Shown piece after piece: positions 12,081-25,487 of a stretch of DNA of 64,000 bases. Position 1 is the first letter of the stretch. Every line of letters starts with the position of its first letter. Under the pieces are notes generated by a model, which saw nothing but the letters and a program-made list of their open reading frames with translations, was not told the DNA's origin and made no database searches. Where the stretch lies: contig NC_043000.1 of assembly GCF_006345805.1 (NCBI RefSeq), positions 92,132,001 through 92,196,000 of the forward strand, read 5' to 3'. This DNA is from Octopus sinensis (lineage: Eukaryota). The position numbers and the translations under genes are program-made.

Positions 12081-12563
12081 TTCCAGCAAGATGGGGCAAC
12101 TGCTCATACTGCAAGAGAAACAATGCAGTTACTATGGCAGTGCTTTGGGGAGAGAATAATCTTCCACTACGGTAATGTCAACTGGCCTTCACATTCCCTA
12201 GACTTGACTAGCCCAGATTTTTCTTGTGGGGATGCCTGAAAGGAGGGTTTACGTCAACAAACCAGAGACCCTGGTGCAACTGAAGGAGAACATCAATAGA
12301 GAAATCAGAGAAATGGGGGTTTGAAACTCTTGAGGGTGTTGTGGTGCAAGTTTTGGAAAGAGCACCAGTGTGCAAAGCCGAAAATGACTGCCATTTAAAC
12401 AATGACGTTTTTCATATCTAATGTAGTGGTGTTGCAAAATTTGACTTGTGCATATTAATTTCCATTTTCCTTTATATAGTATCAAAATTTCATGCATCTA
12501 TTTGTAAAGTTAAGGAAGTTATTAAAAATTGAAACCCATCAGTGACTTTTGAGACACTCTGTA
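12081..12563 (+). pseudogene. Tc1/mariner transposase C-terminal remnant (DD41D spacing) with right TIR
   Basis: FQQDGATAHTARETMQLLWQCFGERIIFHYGNVNWPSHSLDLTSPDF, then frameshifted FLWGCLK and RVYVNKPETLVQLKENI. Ends ...TTTTGAGACACTCTG followed by TA (12562-12563). Confidence 0.85.
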
Positions 12564-12746
12564 GAAGCTAGGTGAAGGCAGAAATGCAACAGAAAAAAGG
12601 AATATAGATAATTAGGATACATCATATATAAACAAATATAAGTTAGTTTTTGAAGTGTTGAAATGTATTGTAGAACAAGTAGAAAGATATACTTTTCAAC
12701 ACGTAAATACTGAACAGTCTATATAAAGGATAAAATCCTTTTTATA

Positions 12747-13136
12747 TACTCTTTTACTTGTTTCAGTCATTTGACTGCGGCCATGCTGGAGCACCACCTT
12801 TAATTGAGCGACTAGACCCTGGGACTTATTCTATTGGTTTCTTTTTGCCGAACCGCTAACTGACGGGGACATAAACACACCGGCATCGGATGTCAAGCGA
12901 TGTTGGATGGGACAAACACAGACACACAAACATGCACGCACACATACATACATATATATATATACATATATACGACTGGCTTTTTTCAGTTTCTGTCTAC
13001 CAAATCCACTCACAAGGCTTTGGTTGGCCCAAGGCTGTAGTAGAAGACACTTGCCCAAGGTGCCACGCAGTGGGACTGAACCCGGAACCATGTGGTTGGT
13101 AAACAAGCTACTTACCACACAGCCACTCCTGCGCCT
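12747..13136 (-). mobile_element. SINE family A, well preserved full-length copy
   Basis: Complete head, body and tail with CpGs retained. Confidence 0.9.
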
Positions 13137-13299
13137 ACTGTTCAGTATTTACATGTTGAAAAATAATTAAGATGTTAATCAATGTATAAACTGTTTATTT
13201 GTTTACTAAATCATTGAAATTACAGTGTTTCATGTGTATTATAGGCACAGGAATGGCTGTGTGGTAAGTAGCTTGCTAACCAATCACATGGTTGGTAAA

Positions 13300-13420
13300 A
13301 GAAGCTATAAAAACCATACCAGAACAGAAACTGGAGCCTGGTGCAGTCTTCGCCAAGCCAACTTCTGTCAAACCGTCTGACCCATGCCAGCATGGAAAGC
13401 AGACGTTAAATGATGATGAT
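13300..13420 (+). mobile_element. RTE LINE 3' tail fragment
   Basis: GCCTGGTGCAG...CCCATGCCAGCATGG...GACGTTAAATGATGATGAT matches the 3' end of the 47314 element. Confidence 0.75.
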
Positions 13421-13844
13421 ATGTATATATAGCATATATAAGTAATATTAATGAATATGCATGTGTCTGTGTATGTATATATACGTATACACAACATGTA
13501 TTAATGTATATATCTATGTGTATGAATATATACAGGGCACACAGCATTTGTTTTCTATGCATTTATAGTTGACTATATGAATATATTTATAAATACAGAT
13601 AATAATTTGCACACATGAGTAAATATATGGACATATAAGTGTTATGTTTATGTCTTGTTACAAATATACAGATGTATAGACAGATATATTAAGATGTGTG
13701 TGTATGTATAAGTGCTTGTTTGTGTGTGTATGTATATACATACATATATGTGTGTGTATGTATTTATACGTATGCATATATACCCTTATTTATAGATATA
13801 GATATATGTATAGATACAAAGATAAATAGATAGATAGATTATCA

Positions 13845-14035
13845 TCACCATCATTATCGTTTAACGTTCGTTTCCCATGCTGGTATGGGTTGGACAGTTT
13901 GATTGAGGCCTGGAAAGCCAGCGAGCTGCACCAGGCTCCAAACTGGCAATGTTTCTACAGCTGGATGCCCTTCCTAATGCCAACCGCTCCAAGAGTGTAG
14001 TGGATGCTTTTACATGCCACCAGCATGGGAGCCAC
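13845..14035 (-). mobile_element. RTE LINE 3' tail fragment
   Basis: Matches 47314-47500 (CATCAT..CGTTTAACG..CCATGCT..GGATGCCCTTCCTAA). Confidence 0.8.
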
Positions 14036-14329
14036 GTTTGGATGATGCTTTATAAATAAATATGTACAAATATTCACATACATGTGTGTGTATGTTTGTA
14101 TGGGTTTCTGTGTGTTTATGTATGTACAGAAATTCATAGACAGTTATTATGTATCTAATAATTTTAGAACTCAATAATTATCATAGGTGTAAATGAAAAA
14201 TTTAATGATATAACAGGGATTTCTCATATACACATACATAGTCGTACATGCTCATGCATGTACCTGTATATATTTGTGTGTGTGTGTGTGTGTGTGTCTG
14301 TGTGTGTATATATATAAACAAAGACAGGT

Positions 14330-14460
14330 GTAGGAACAACAAACGAGTGTATTAGTTTGATGCACTGGAAAAACAGAAAGGTCTTTTATGTTTCGAGCCT
14401 ATGCTCTTCGACAGAAAGGAACAAGAGGAAATAGAAAGAGAATAAAAAAAATCTGTTGAG
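14330..14460 (-). mobile_element. Penelope-type terminal fragment with degenerate hammerhead-like scaffold
   Basis: Minus strand CTTT-CTGTCGAA-GAGC-ATAG-GCTC-GAAAC-AT-A-AAAG at 14418-14383. The Penelope assignment is inference. Confidence 0.4.
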
Positions 14461-14474
14461 CTCAGTAGTCCAAC

Positions 14475-15129
14475 ATATATACGTGTTTATATGTATGGTT
14501 ATATATATATATATATAGATAGATACATAATATATATATAATATATATATATATATAATATATATATACATATATATATATATGTGGTATATATATGTGT
14601 ATATATATATATACATACATATATTTATATATATATACATATATAAATATATACATATATATATATATAATATATATATATGTGTATATATATGTATATA
14701 TATATATGTATATATATATATGTACATATATATATGTGTGTATATATATATGTGTATATATATATACATACATATATTTATATATATATACATGTGTGTA
14801 TATATATATATGTATATATATATACATATATTTATATATATACATATTTAAATATATGTACATATATATACATATATATACATATGTATACACATATATA
14901 TACACACATGTTTATATGTATGCTTGTGTATGTATGTATGTATGTATTACATAGAAAGAAGGACAGACAGATTCACTTATGTCTACACATGCAAAAATAT
15001 TTGTGCACATGTGTGTTTTTGTGCGTGTGTGTTTATGCATAAGCACATTGATCTATCTATCTATATATATATTTGCATAATATCAGCCTCCCAATATTTT
15101 ATACATATATATATACATACACACACACA

Positions 15130-15182
<53 letters not shown>

Positions 15183-15190
15183 TATATATA
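14475..15190. repeat. Compound (AT)n/(GT)n/(AC)n microsatellite
   Basis: Seen directly. Confidence 0.95.
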
Positions 15191-15757
15191 TTAGTATTCT
15201 TATTTATTTTAAGTACACAGCCAGATTTATGGAAGATTAGTTTTTAATGCAGACCTACCAAAATTGGTTTCCAAAATAAAAAAGTAAATTAAATAAAACC
15301 ATAAAAATCCTAAAAAAAAGAACCCAGTAGTAGATAATATAATTTGTGGTTTATAAACTGAGGTCAATACATGCTATGTCTGAGTATAAATACTATAAGT
15401 TTTTTTTTTTGTTTAAAAACTGTTTTTCCTTAGCTTCAAATGAAGAATTACTATATTTACATACTTACATTTCATTTTTGTTATATAGTATTTTCATTAT
15501 TGTTATTATTATTATTATTGCTGTTGTTGTTGTTAGAATCTATACTGTTGTTTTTTGTTGGTGTTGTTGTTCTTTACACTTTTTTTTTAGTTAATTGCAA
15601 TAACCCAAATGTCTCTCTCTTAACAAATAATCACTTACAGCAATAGGTTATAAGTTTATACATAATGCACACGGACTATTATCACTTAATATAACAATAA
15701 TATTCATGTTTTCATTTCATTTCATTGCTTTATATATCTTTAATATACATACATACA

Positions 15758-15804
<47 letters not shown>

Positions 15805-17619
15805 TTGTGTATATGTGTCTATATGTGCCTGTATGTATATATATATATATATACACATAAATACATACATATGTGTATATATGTATATTTATATATATAC
15901 ATACATATATATATGTATATACATGCATATACATGCATATATAAATACATATATACATAAATACACACACATGCACACACAGATGCATGCATATGTATAC
16001 ATGCACACACACATATACGTACATATATAAATACACACACCCACACACACATATCATCATCATCATTATAAACATTCTGTTGCCTCTTCACAGTGAAGAT
16101 CTTTATTAACATCTTCCACTGCAACTACCTACCATATTTCTCTTTATATATTTTTCTAATATTCTGTCATCACTATCATCATCAGCAGCATTCCTAACCT
16201 CCTCCTACTCCTTGTGTTCTTCCTTCCTACATCACCACCAACACCAGAACTACCACCACCACCACCACCACTATATTGTCATTACCATCATCATTATCAT
16301 TGTTGTGATCAATAATCTTAATGTCCATTTTGTGATAATATAACAGGTTGGATGGATAGATACATTTTTGCAAAGTTTTTCTAGAACCATCTTGTTTTTC
16401 ATTTGTTTTCATTAATGGTGAGACGAATTTTAATGAGTGACACTTTGAGTTCAAATCCATTGCAGTCATTTTGATCAGTTTTACTTAATTCTTTTGTATG
16501 TAAGTCAGTTTTATTTGCTCATCTGTGGAGTTAATTACAACAAGTCAATGACAGAACTTTTCGCTAGTTGCTCAACCAAACAGAAGCAAGAGCAAAATTA
16601 TCCCTACAAACCACGCCCTAAATATCTGAAACAGGACAAACATAAAAGCAACAACACTAGATATAATGGTCCTTGATACAAATCTTCTCTTCGTCCTCAT
16701 CATCGTCGTCATCATCTTCATCATCGTCGTCATCATCGTCATCATTATCATTATTCTTATCATTATCATCATCAAAGTAGTGTGTTCTTAGTAAACATGC
16801 ATGTCTGAGCATTATAATGCAAAAAATATGTGGTTGTGTCATATAACCTTGCACCATTATCCTATCTACTTGTAGAGCTTCTGTAAGTGTGTTTGTGCGT
16901 GTGTGTGTGTGTGTGTATGTGCATGTGTGTGTATGTGCGTGTGTGTGTGTATGTGTGTATACACCAGTATTGGTTTGTTTATGTTCCAATAACTTAACAG
17001 TTCAGCAAAAGAGATTGATAGAATAAGTACTAGGCTTTAAAAGGCAATAAGTCCTGGGGTCGATTTGTTTGACTAAAACCCTTCAAAGTAATGCTTCAGC
17101 ATGGCCACATTCAAATGACTGAAACAAGTAAAATATATATTTATATATATTTTGGCTGAGGAATAATTCATGAGCGTTTTTTTTTTAAATTTATTTTAAA
17201 CAAAACACTACAACAAATTAATCAATAATATACTCTCCATTGTTGTTTATATGTGAATCAACAATGTAACCATGAGGTTGTTGTAATCTGATGAGCTAGC
17301 TAGCTTTCTTTGCACTGATTTGTGAATATACAATTGTATTGTATAATGCATAGCATGCACATTAGTGCAAACATCTAAACATAATTTATTTATACTAAAA
17401 TTATTATTACATGATGAAGGCTTTGAAACAGCTGTAATCCTAAAGATGACATGCGGTTAAATAACTATATTCATTTCTCATACCACCTCTCATTTTATGG
17501 TTTATATATATATATAGATTGGTATGATCAGTAAAAATAAAGATATGTTGTTTCATATTAATTAAGGTGCTGGGTCAAAGTTCAGGGAGTTGACCATCTT
17601 TAATGTTAACAGAAAATAG

Positions 17620-17935
17620 GTGCAAGTGTAGCTGTGTAGTAAGAAGCTTTCTTTCCAACCACATGGTTTCTGGTTCAGTCCCACTGTGTGGCACCTTGGG
17701 CAAGTGTCTTCAACTATACCTTTGGGCTGGTCAAAGACTTTTGAGTAGATTTAGTAGACAGAAACTGAAAGAAGATCATCGTATATATATATTCCAACTG
17801 CCAATTCTACTCACAAGACTTTGGTCAGTCTGAAACCATAGAAGACACTTGCTCAAGGTGCCACACAATGGGACTGAACCTGGAATCACGTGGTTGAGAA
17901 GCAAGCATCATATCACACAGCCACACCTGTACCTA
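17620..17935. mobile_element. Two SINE family A 5' halves in inverted (tail-to-tail) orientation
   Basis: Plus-strand head 17620-17775 followed by minus-strand head 17805-17935. Confidence 0.8.
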
Positions 17936-18623
17936 TTTGTTTCATGTTTCTTTTAATGAGAAGAGAAGGCAGTGTCTATGACCTGTCAAAGAGGCCTTGA
18001 AAACTAATGGGAAGGAGGAATGTATTTTTAAACTGAAAAATGGGCCCAAATCCTTGTAAGAGAACGTACCTCCTAAAGCACCCAAAAATGTTAGATGATG
18101 GTGCTAAACTGGGTAACAATGTAAGTCTGCTACCCAAATGAGACATAATGGGATTTGAACCCAGGATGCAAACGACCAGAACTAATATTGCAAGGCATCT
18201 GATCTAACATTTTTACAATTTCTAATCATCCATTATCTTTGTTTAGTACTGTTTTTTTTTCTTTAATGACAATGAAAGGATGAAGACAAAATTTGATCTT
18301 GGCCAGATATGAGATTGGAGTACAGTTTCTGTGTTGCCAGCTTAATTCATTAGAATGACTGCTACAATATCCATAAAAACCAACTCAACATAGTTTGATG
18401 GAAAAATCCATTGCAGTTATTGATTTCATAGTTGTTATTGATTAATCTCAGATCAGTCCTGATGAAGCCACAAATCAGATCTATGATCAAAGAACATCCA
18501 GCCATCTTCTAAAAGATATTTTATTAATTTTTTTTTCTGGCACAGTGTGTTAAGGTTTACATTTCTCAATGTGACCTTTCATTGTTAACTTGTTGGCTTA
18601 TATCATGTGAAATTTATTTAGTA

Positions 18624-18990
18624 ATTCTGTTGTGTCTGGGGAGAGTCATTCTCTTTTAGTGCCTTATAATTTAACACACTCACCGGTAAAATTTCTTCTT
18701 AATTCTTATTTTTATTTTCTAAACTTTTCACTGCGTGTTGCAACCTTTTCAATAGTCTTGACTCCGTCCGTTATTTACACTGCTGCATTCCCTTTTGTTT
18801 GTATGTGCGCATGTGTGTGGAGGGAATGCAGCAGTGTAAATAACAGACAGAGTCAAGACTATTGAAAAGGTTGCAACACGCAGCGAAAAGTTTAGAAAAT
18901 AAAAATAAGAATTAAGAAGAAATTTTACTGGTGAGTATGTTAAATAATAAGGCACTAAAAGAGAATGACTCTCCCCAGACACAACAGAAT
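18624..18990. mobile_element. Foldback element/MITE: 170-bp arms with a 27-bp spacer
   Basis: 18624-18793 is the reverse complement of 18821-18990 with about 6 mismatches, mostly at CpG sites. Confidence 0.9.
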
Positions 18991-19849
18991 ATGCTTCAAC
19001 ACACGAACTCATATAAAGAATCTTGCAAACCAAATCCCAAAACAAAATTATTTAGTAATTGTTTTTCTATAAGTCAAGCAACCGTGAAGAGGTCATTTCA
19101 CTGGTTTCTCTCCTCAGCACTTTTCTTCCATCATAACAAGAGTGTAATTAAGTGTCACAACTTCAGTTGGGGCTTTTAATTTATACATCCAATCATAAAG
19201 TGCAGGCATGGCTGTGTAGTTTAGAAGCTTGCAATCCAACTACTTGGTTTTGGGTTCAATCCCACTGCATTGTATCTGGAACAAGTGCTGTAGCCCCAGG
19301 CTGATCAAAGCTTTGTGAGTGAATTTGGTAGAAAGAAACTGAAAGAAACCTAGATATTTGCATGCATGTGCATGTGTATGCATGTGTGTACATGTGCGTG
19401 TGAGTGCATATGTGTGTGCAAGTGTGTGTATGTGTGTTTGTGTGTGTATGTGTGTGTGTGAGCATGTATATGATGTGTTTGTGTCATGACATCACAGGAT
19501 AGTTATAAATGGGCGTCACTGTTATCCATTGTTTCTAATCTTCTGTGAAAAATACAGTCTAACCAATGGGGAAATATGTTGTAGGTAACAGGAAAGGCAT
19601 CCAACCATAGAAAATTTTGCTGCAACAAAATTCCATCTGACACTTGCAACAATGGAAAAATGGATTATACAATGATGATGATAACGACGGCGATGACGAC
19701 GATAATGGGGCAGTGGTGGTGGTGATGATGATGATGATAATGGGACAGTGGCAATAACGACGATGATAATAGGCCAGTGGTGATGACAGTGAAGATGATA
19801 GTGGGCAGTTATGATGATGATGGGTGTGGTGGTGGTGGTGGTGGTGATG

Positions 19850-20228
19850 ATACTCTTTTACTTCATTCAGTCATTTGACTGTGGCCATGCTGGAGCACTG
19901 CCTTTAGTCGAGCAAATCGACCCCAGGACTTATTCTTTGTAAGCTTAGTACTTATTCTATCAGTCTGTTTTGCCAAACCGCTAAGTTACAAGGATGTAAA
20001 CACACCAGTATCGGTTGTCAAGCAATGCTGGGGGGACAAACACAGACACACAAACATATACACACACACACATACATATATACGACGGGCTTCCTTCAGT
20101 TTCCGTCTACCGAATCCACTCAAGGCTTTGGTTGTCCTGAGGCTATAGTAGAAGACACTTGCCCAAGGTGCTACGCAGTGGGACTGAACCCAGTACCATG
20201 TGGTTGGTAAGCAAGCTACTTACCACAC
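19850..20228 (-). mobile_element. SINE family A
   Basis: Near full-length match to other copies; a separate head fragment lies at 19205-19360 (+). Confidence 0.88.
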
Positions 20229-20526
20229 ATGATGATGAGGCGGGGGATTCTTTAAATCTGTATTCTTTTAGTACAAAGTGATAACTAATACCATATCTTT
20301 ATGTGTGATACATAATATAAACGACCAGCTCCATCATAATCAAAATCTTCAGATACACCCACACGTATATGCAATGAAACTAGCAAGAATTTGGTACAAA
20401 AAAGTTATTTTCAGGCCAGACCATATTGTTATAGAATTTATGTAGAGCATCATATATAACTCCTAAAGAATCAATCCCACCACATAGTCATCTAAAATCC
20501 AGTACAGTTCTTGCATCATTATCAGT

Positions 20527-20915
20527 TTCTCCTTAGTATTTCGTCTGTCTTTACGTTCTGAGTTCAAATTCCGCTGAGGTCGACTTTGTCTTTCATCCTT
20601 TCAGGGTCAATAAATTAGGTACCAGTTGTGTACTGGAGTCAATGTAATCAACTGGCCACCTACCCCAAAATCTCGGGCCTTCTGCCTAGAGTAGAAATGA
20701 ACATTTAGGTGGTGAGCTGACAGAAATGTTAGCGCACAGGGTGAAATGCTTAGCGGTATTTGTCTTTATGTTCTGAGTTCAAATTCTGCCAAGGGCAATT
20801 TTGCCTTTCTTCCTTTCGGGGTCGATAAATTAGATAACAGTTGCATTTTTGGGGTCGATCTAATCGACTGGCCCCCTCCCCCCAAATTTCGATCTTGTGC
20901 CTAGAGTAGAAAAGA
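20527..20915 (+). mobile_element. Two tandem SINE family B (MetaSINE-like) copies
   Basis: Repeated TTCTGAGTTCAAATTC...CCTTTC(A/G)GGGTC(A/G)ATAAATTAG...AGAGTAGAAA units. Confidence 0.8.
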
Positions 20916-21377
20916 TTATCAGTTTCTCCTTGAAACTGTTGTTACAGATGTGCAAAATCTAAAACAACAAAAAAAAAAGAGCTCAAAAAGCACGTCTCAG
21001 ATGTCCTAAACAATGATCTCCTTCCTGTTTTATTCAATGTAGTGAAACTCTTTTCTATGACCTTCACAAGTTTGGTACTGTCTAGAATCCATTGAAATAG
21101 TAAATGATATGGCTTTATAAAAATCTCACTTGAATATTAATGCATGTGTGTTATAAGTGTATATGTGGATAATCTGGTACATTTAAGCAAGTAAACATGT
21201 CTACATACATACATACATACATACATACAAATGTATATATATGTATATATATATACATTTGCATGTGCATATATATATATTTAATCTAAATGTTTAATTT
21301 ATACAGGAGTGTGTTTATTAAATACTGCCATCTGTATATGTGCAAATATATATATATGTATATAGCTGTTTAATCAT

Positions 21378-21417
<40 letters not shown>

Positions 21418-21629
21418 GATCTGTGTGTACATGAGTGTATACACCATGCATGTCTAAGTGCAAATGTGTATGTGTCTACCAAGAAATGTATATTTTTTGT
21501 TGTAAGTGAATGCATGCATAGGCACACATGCACACACTAATATATACATACGTAAATATATAGATGTATAGATCTCTATCTTTATCTATATATCTGTGTA
21601 TCTATCTATCTATCTGCCTGTCTGTCTGT

Positions 21630-21662
<33 letters not shown>

Positions 21663-21672
21663 TGTCTGTCTG

Positions 21673-21705
<33 letters not shown>

Positions 21706-21818
21706 AATATATGGATTTATGTGCTATGTATACATTCATTAACAACTAGAAATATACACACACACACATACATATATGTAAATACATACACAGACACACG
21801 TATATACATACATGTCTG

Positions 21819-21849
<31 letters not shown>

Positions 21850-21854
21850 GTATG

Positions 21855-21917
<63 letters not shown>

Positions 21918-22419
21918 ACATATATATATATATCAACACAACGCACACACAGATCACAGATGTATCAATAAAATTTGTAATGTTTTATACATTATTATAT
22001 TCACCAAAGACACGGACAAAAATCTCTTCAATGGAATTACAGATTAATCACTGACATCTCCAGCACAAACAGCAAATAAACAGCCTCTATCTAAAATGTT
22101 TCTTGAGGAGATGAAAGAAAATATGTGATCCCTTTGTGTTTATTTATGACTTTTACTCACGTGCTGGATGTTAATCTTAAAAATACACATAAAATAAACA
22201 TGATAAAAAAAAAAAAAATAGAATGGAAATTCTTGATTAATATCTTTATCGAACTTTTTTTAATTATCTTAGTCTTGTTGTTGATCTTGTTGTTATTGTT
22301 ATTATTAGGATTATTATGATTGGTACTGTTATGATAATTACTTGTGAACATTAGCACACACAGTCTCCATACTGATATTTTTTGCACATACTTGTGTGTG
22401 TGTGTGTGTATTTATATAT

Positions 22420-22625
22420 ATATATTATATAAAATCTGTTCTGTCTATCTGTCTGTGTGTCTTCTAGGATCTTGGGCATCCTCCATCTGATTGCACTCAA
22501 ATTTGATATGTAGATACCGACGGTATCAGGGCGTGTATAAGTCTTGAAAAAGTTACAAAAATCGATTCCAGGTGAGAATGCTATCAATAAAGCCGTGGGA
22601 ACGTGCATTTGTAAAATCGTTTTTC
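22420..22625 (+). mobile_element. Helitron-like non-autonomous 5' region
   Basis: TATATAAAATCTG-(TCTG)n followed by AAATTTGATATGTAG, as seen in non-autonomous Helitron/HINE families. Confidence 0.35.
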
Positions 22626-22844
22626 TTGGAATAGAAAAAGTTTATCTTTATTTCTTCTTTTGCTGGTGTCTCAAATTTAAGTTAAATCAGTGTTTCTCAA
22701 AGGGGTGGCCTATGGGACGGTCAGACAATTTTTTTGAGAAAACTTGGTTCAAATGTTTGACAACTCAACACTGTCCACTGGACGGTGGGGCAGCATTTTG
22801 CTTGCATATATATATATTCATATATATTTACACACATACATTAT

Positions 22845-23320
22845 CATCATCATTTAATATGTTTTCCATGCTAGCATGGGTCAGATGGTTTGAAAGGAGG
22901 TGGCCGGCTGATGAGCTGTCCAGGTTTCATGTCTGATTTAGCATGGTTTGCTACAGTCAGATGCCCTTCCTAACTGCAACCACTTTACAGACTGTACTGG
23001 GTGCCTTTATGCAGCACCAGCATGGATGTGTTTATATGGCACCAGTACAGGTGCTTTTTACATGGCACCAGCACCTATGAGCTCACAAGATTAGTAATGC
23101 TCAGCTGAAGAGGGTTGCAAGGAGTAAGCTTATATGCAAGGACAACCATGCTTTTACTTAAACTGATGTGTCTTCTCAAGCACAGTAAACCACCAGGAGT
23201 CTCAGTTCCCTGTCATCCCCTCTGCGAGTCCCAACAATTGTAAATCCTTTCTCACTACTTCATCCGACATCTTCCTGGGTCTACCCTTTCCACATGTTCC
23301 CTCTACAATTAGGAATTGGT
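22845..23320 (-). mobile_element. RTE LINE 3' fragment, degraded
   Basis: CATCATTTAA..CCATGCTAGCATGGG..GATGCCCTTCCTAA tail, plus CTTCCTGGGTCTACC matching 48245-48262. Confidence 0.7.
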
Positions 23321-23495
23321 ACCTCTTGATGCAACCCTCTCCATCCACACACATTACATGGCTGTACCAGCATGGTCTTCTCTCTTACATGCTACATCTG
23401 ATGTTTTGTATACCCAAATTTTCTCTCAAATCAATTACACTCTGTCGTATATGCACACTTACATTACCTATCCAGCAGAGTTTATGCGTATACTA

Positions 23496-23538
<43 letters not shown>

Positions 23539-23555
23539 AGAGAGAGAGAGAGAGA

Positions 23556-24711
23556 GCTGATGAGCTAGAACTGTTGTTAGAGAATTGAACAAAATTCCAA
23601 ATGATATTTTAAGGCAGCTAGCTGGTAGGAATAGTTAGCACGCCAACAAAATGCTTAGAGTCAATTCATTCATCTTCATATTGTGTATTCAAATTCTGTT
23701 AAGGTTAATTTTACTTTTCATTCCATTCAGGGTCGAGTATGAGGGGTCGATGTAATTGACTTACCTCTCCTGAAAAATTGCTGGCCTTGTGCCAAAATTT
23801 GAAACCAATATTTAGACAGGAGATGGTGAACTGGAACTATTGTTAGAATATCAGACAAAATTCCAAGCGGTATTTTAAGGCAGTGAGCTGGTAAAATTGT
23901 CAATTTTGGTTCATCTTTATGTTCTGAGTTCAAATTTCTCTGAGGTCAACTTTACATTTCTTCCTTTCAGGGTCGATAAAATAAGTACCAGTTGAGCACT
24001 GGGGTCAATGTAATTGACTTTTCAGCTACCTGAAAATGATTTGTGCCAAAATTTGAAATCAATATTTTAAAGGCTGCAAGATGGCAGAATCATTAACATG
24101 TTGGTTAAAGTGCTGAGCAGTAATTTGTCAGTCTGGATATTCTGCATTAAAATTCCACCAAGGAAGGATTTGCATCTCATCCCTTTCAGGGTTGAAAAAA
24201 TAAGTTCCAGTAGAGCACTGGGTCGATGTAATTGACTAAGACAATGTCAATTCTAAAAATATATGAATGCGCAAGTAAAAAGCACCATTCAAGCATGATC
24301 GTTACCAGCATTGCCTTACTGGCACTTGTAGAAACTCTACCAGATCAAGATTGGAGGCTGGTGCAGCCATCTGGTTCGCCAGTCCTCAGTCAAATCATCC
24401 AACCCATGCTAGCATGGAAAATGATGATGATGATTTAAACAACAGAAAATGGTGAGCTGGAACTGTCATTAGAATATTGGGCAGAATTCAAAGCATTAAT
24501 TTAAGGCTGTAAGATGAAAGAATCGTTAGCATGTTAGGCAAAATGCTTAGCAGCATTTTGTTCCTCTTTACGTTCTCAATTCAAATTTCTCTGGGTATTT
24601 CATCTGTCTTTACATTCTGAGTTCAAATTTCACCAAGGTCAACAAATTAAGTACCAGTTATATATATATATATATATATAATATATATATATATATAACT
24701 GGTACTTAATT

Positions 24712-24745
<34 letters not shown>

Positions 24746-24960
24746 CTGGGGGGGGGGGGGCGATCTAATCGACTGGCCCTCTCCCTAAAAATTTCAGGCC
24801 TTGTTCCTACAGTAGTAAAGTTTAAATTTCTCTGAGGTCAACTTTGCTTTTCCTCCTTTCAGGGTTGTAAAAATAAGTTCCAGCCGAGTATTGTGGTCAA
24901 TATATTCAACCTACTCACCCCTTCTATAATTGCTAGTCTTGGGCCAAAATTTGAAATAAA
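23556..24960 (+). mobile_element. Cluster of about 5-6 tandem SINE family B copies or fragments
   Basis: Recurrent short head plus full MetaSINE-like unit at about 23556, 23820, 24069, 24450 and 24820. Confidence 0.75.
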
Positions 24961-25487
24961 TATTTAAATAACATTCCAATGTTCTCGCCTTTCTTTTCTT
25001 CACTTTCTTTCCCTACACCCAAATTTTCATAACTGCTATTATTTTGCATATGATTCTTGCATGCATAATTATTCATAACCATGCTGCATTGGTACTGTAG
25101 TTATAAATAAATATCTGTTATCCTTGTACCGTTATATAAACATTGTTAAGCTTGTCATAAAATTATTTACATTTCCTAGAGAAGTTATTAGCTTCTTAAA
25201 TTTGGCAGCTTTAAAGGCAGAGTAAGCAATCCCTGTTGATCATTTAATGAAACAGGAAACTAATTGGTTCAATCTACTGTTAAAGCAACTGAAGTCTCTC
25301 TGGATTATTCATGGGGTGGATTTTCACTGCCAGTCTAATTACATTTTATTAAACACATCTGTCTACCCATATATCTGTTCATCTCCCTCTCTTTCTCTAT
25401 TTGTGTACATACATACATGCGTACATACATACATACACAGATATATAATATATATATATATAAAGATACACACACACATATAGATAC

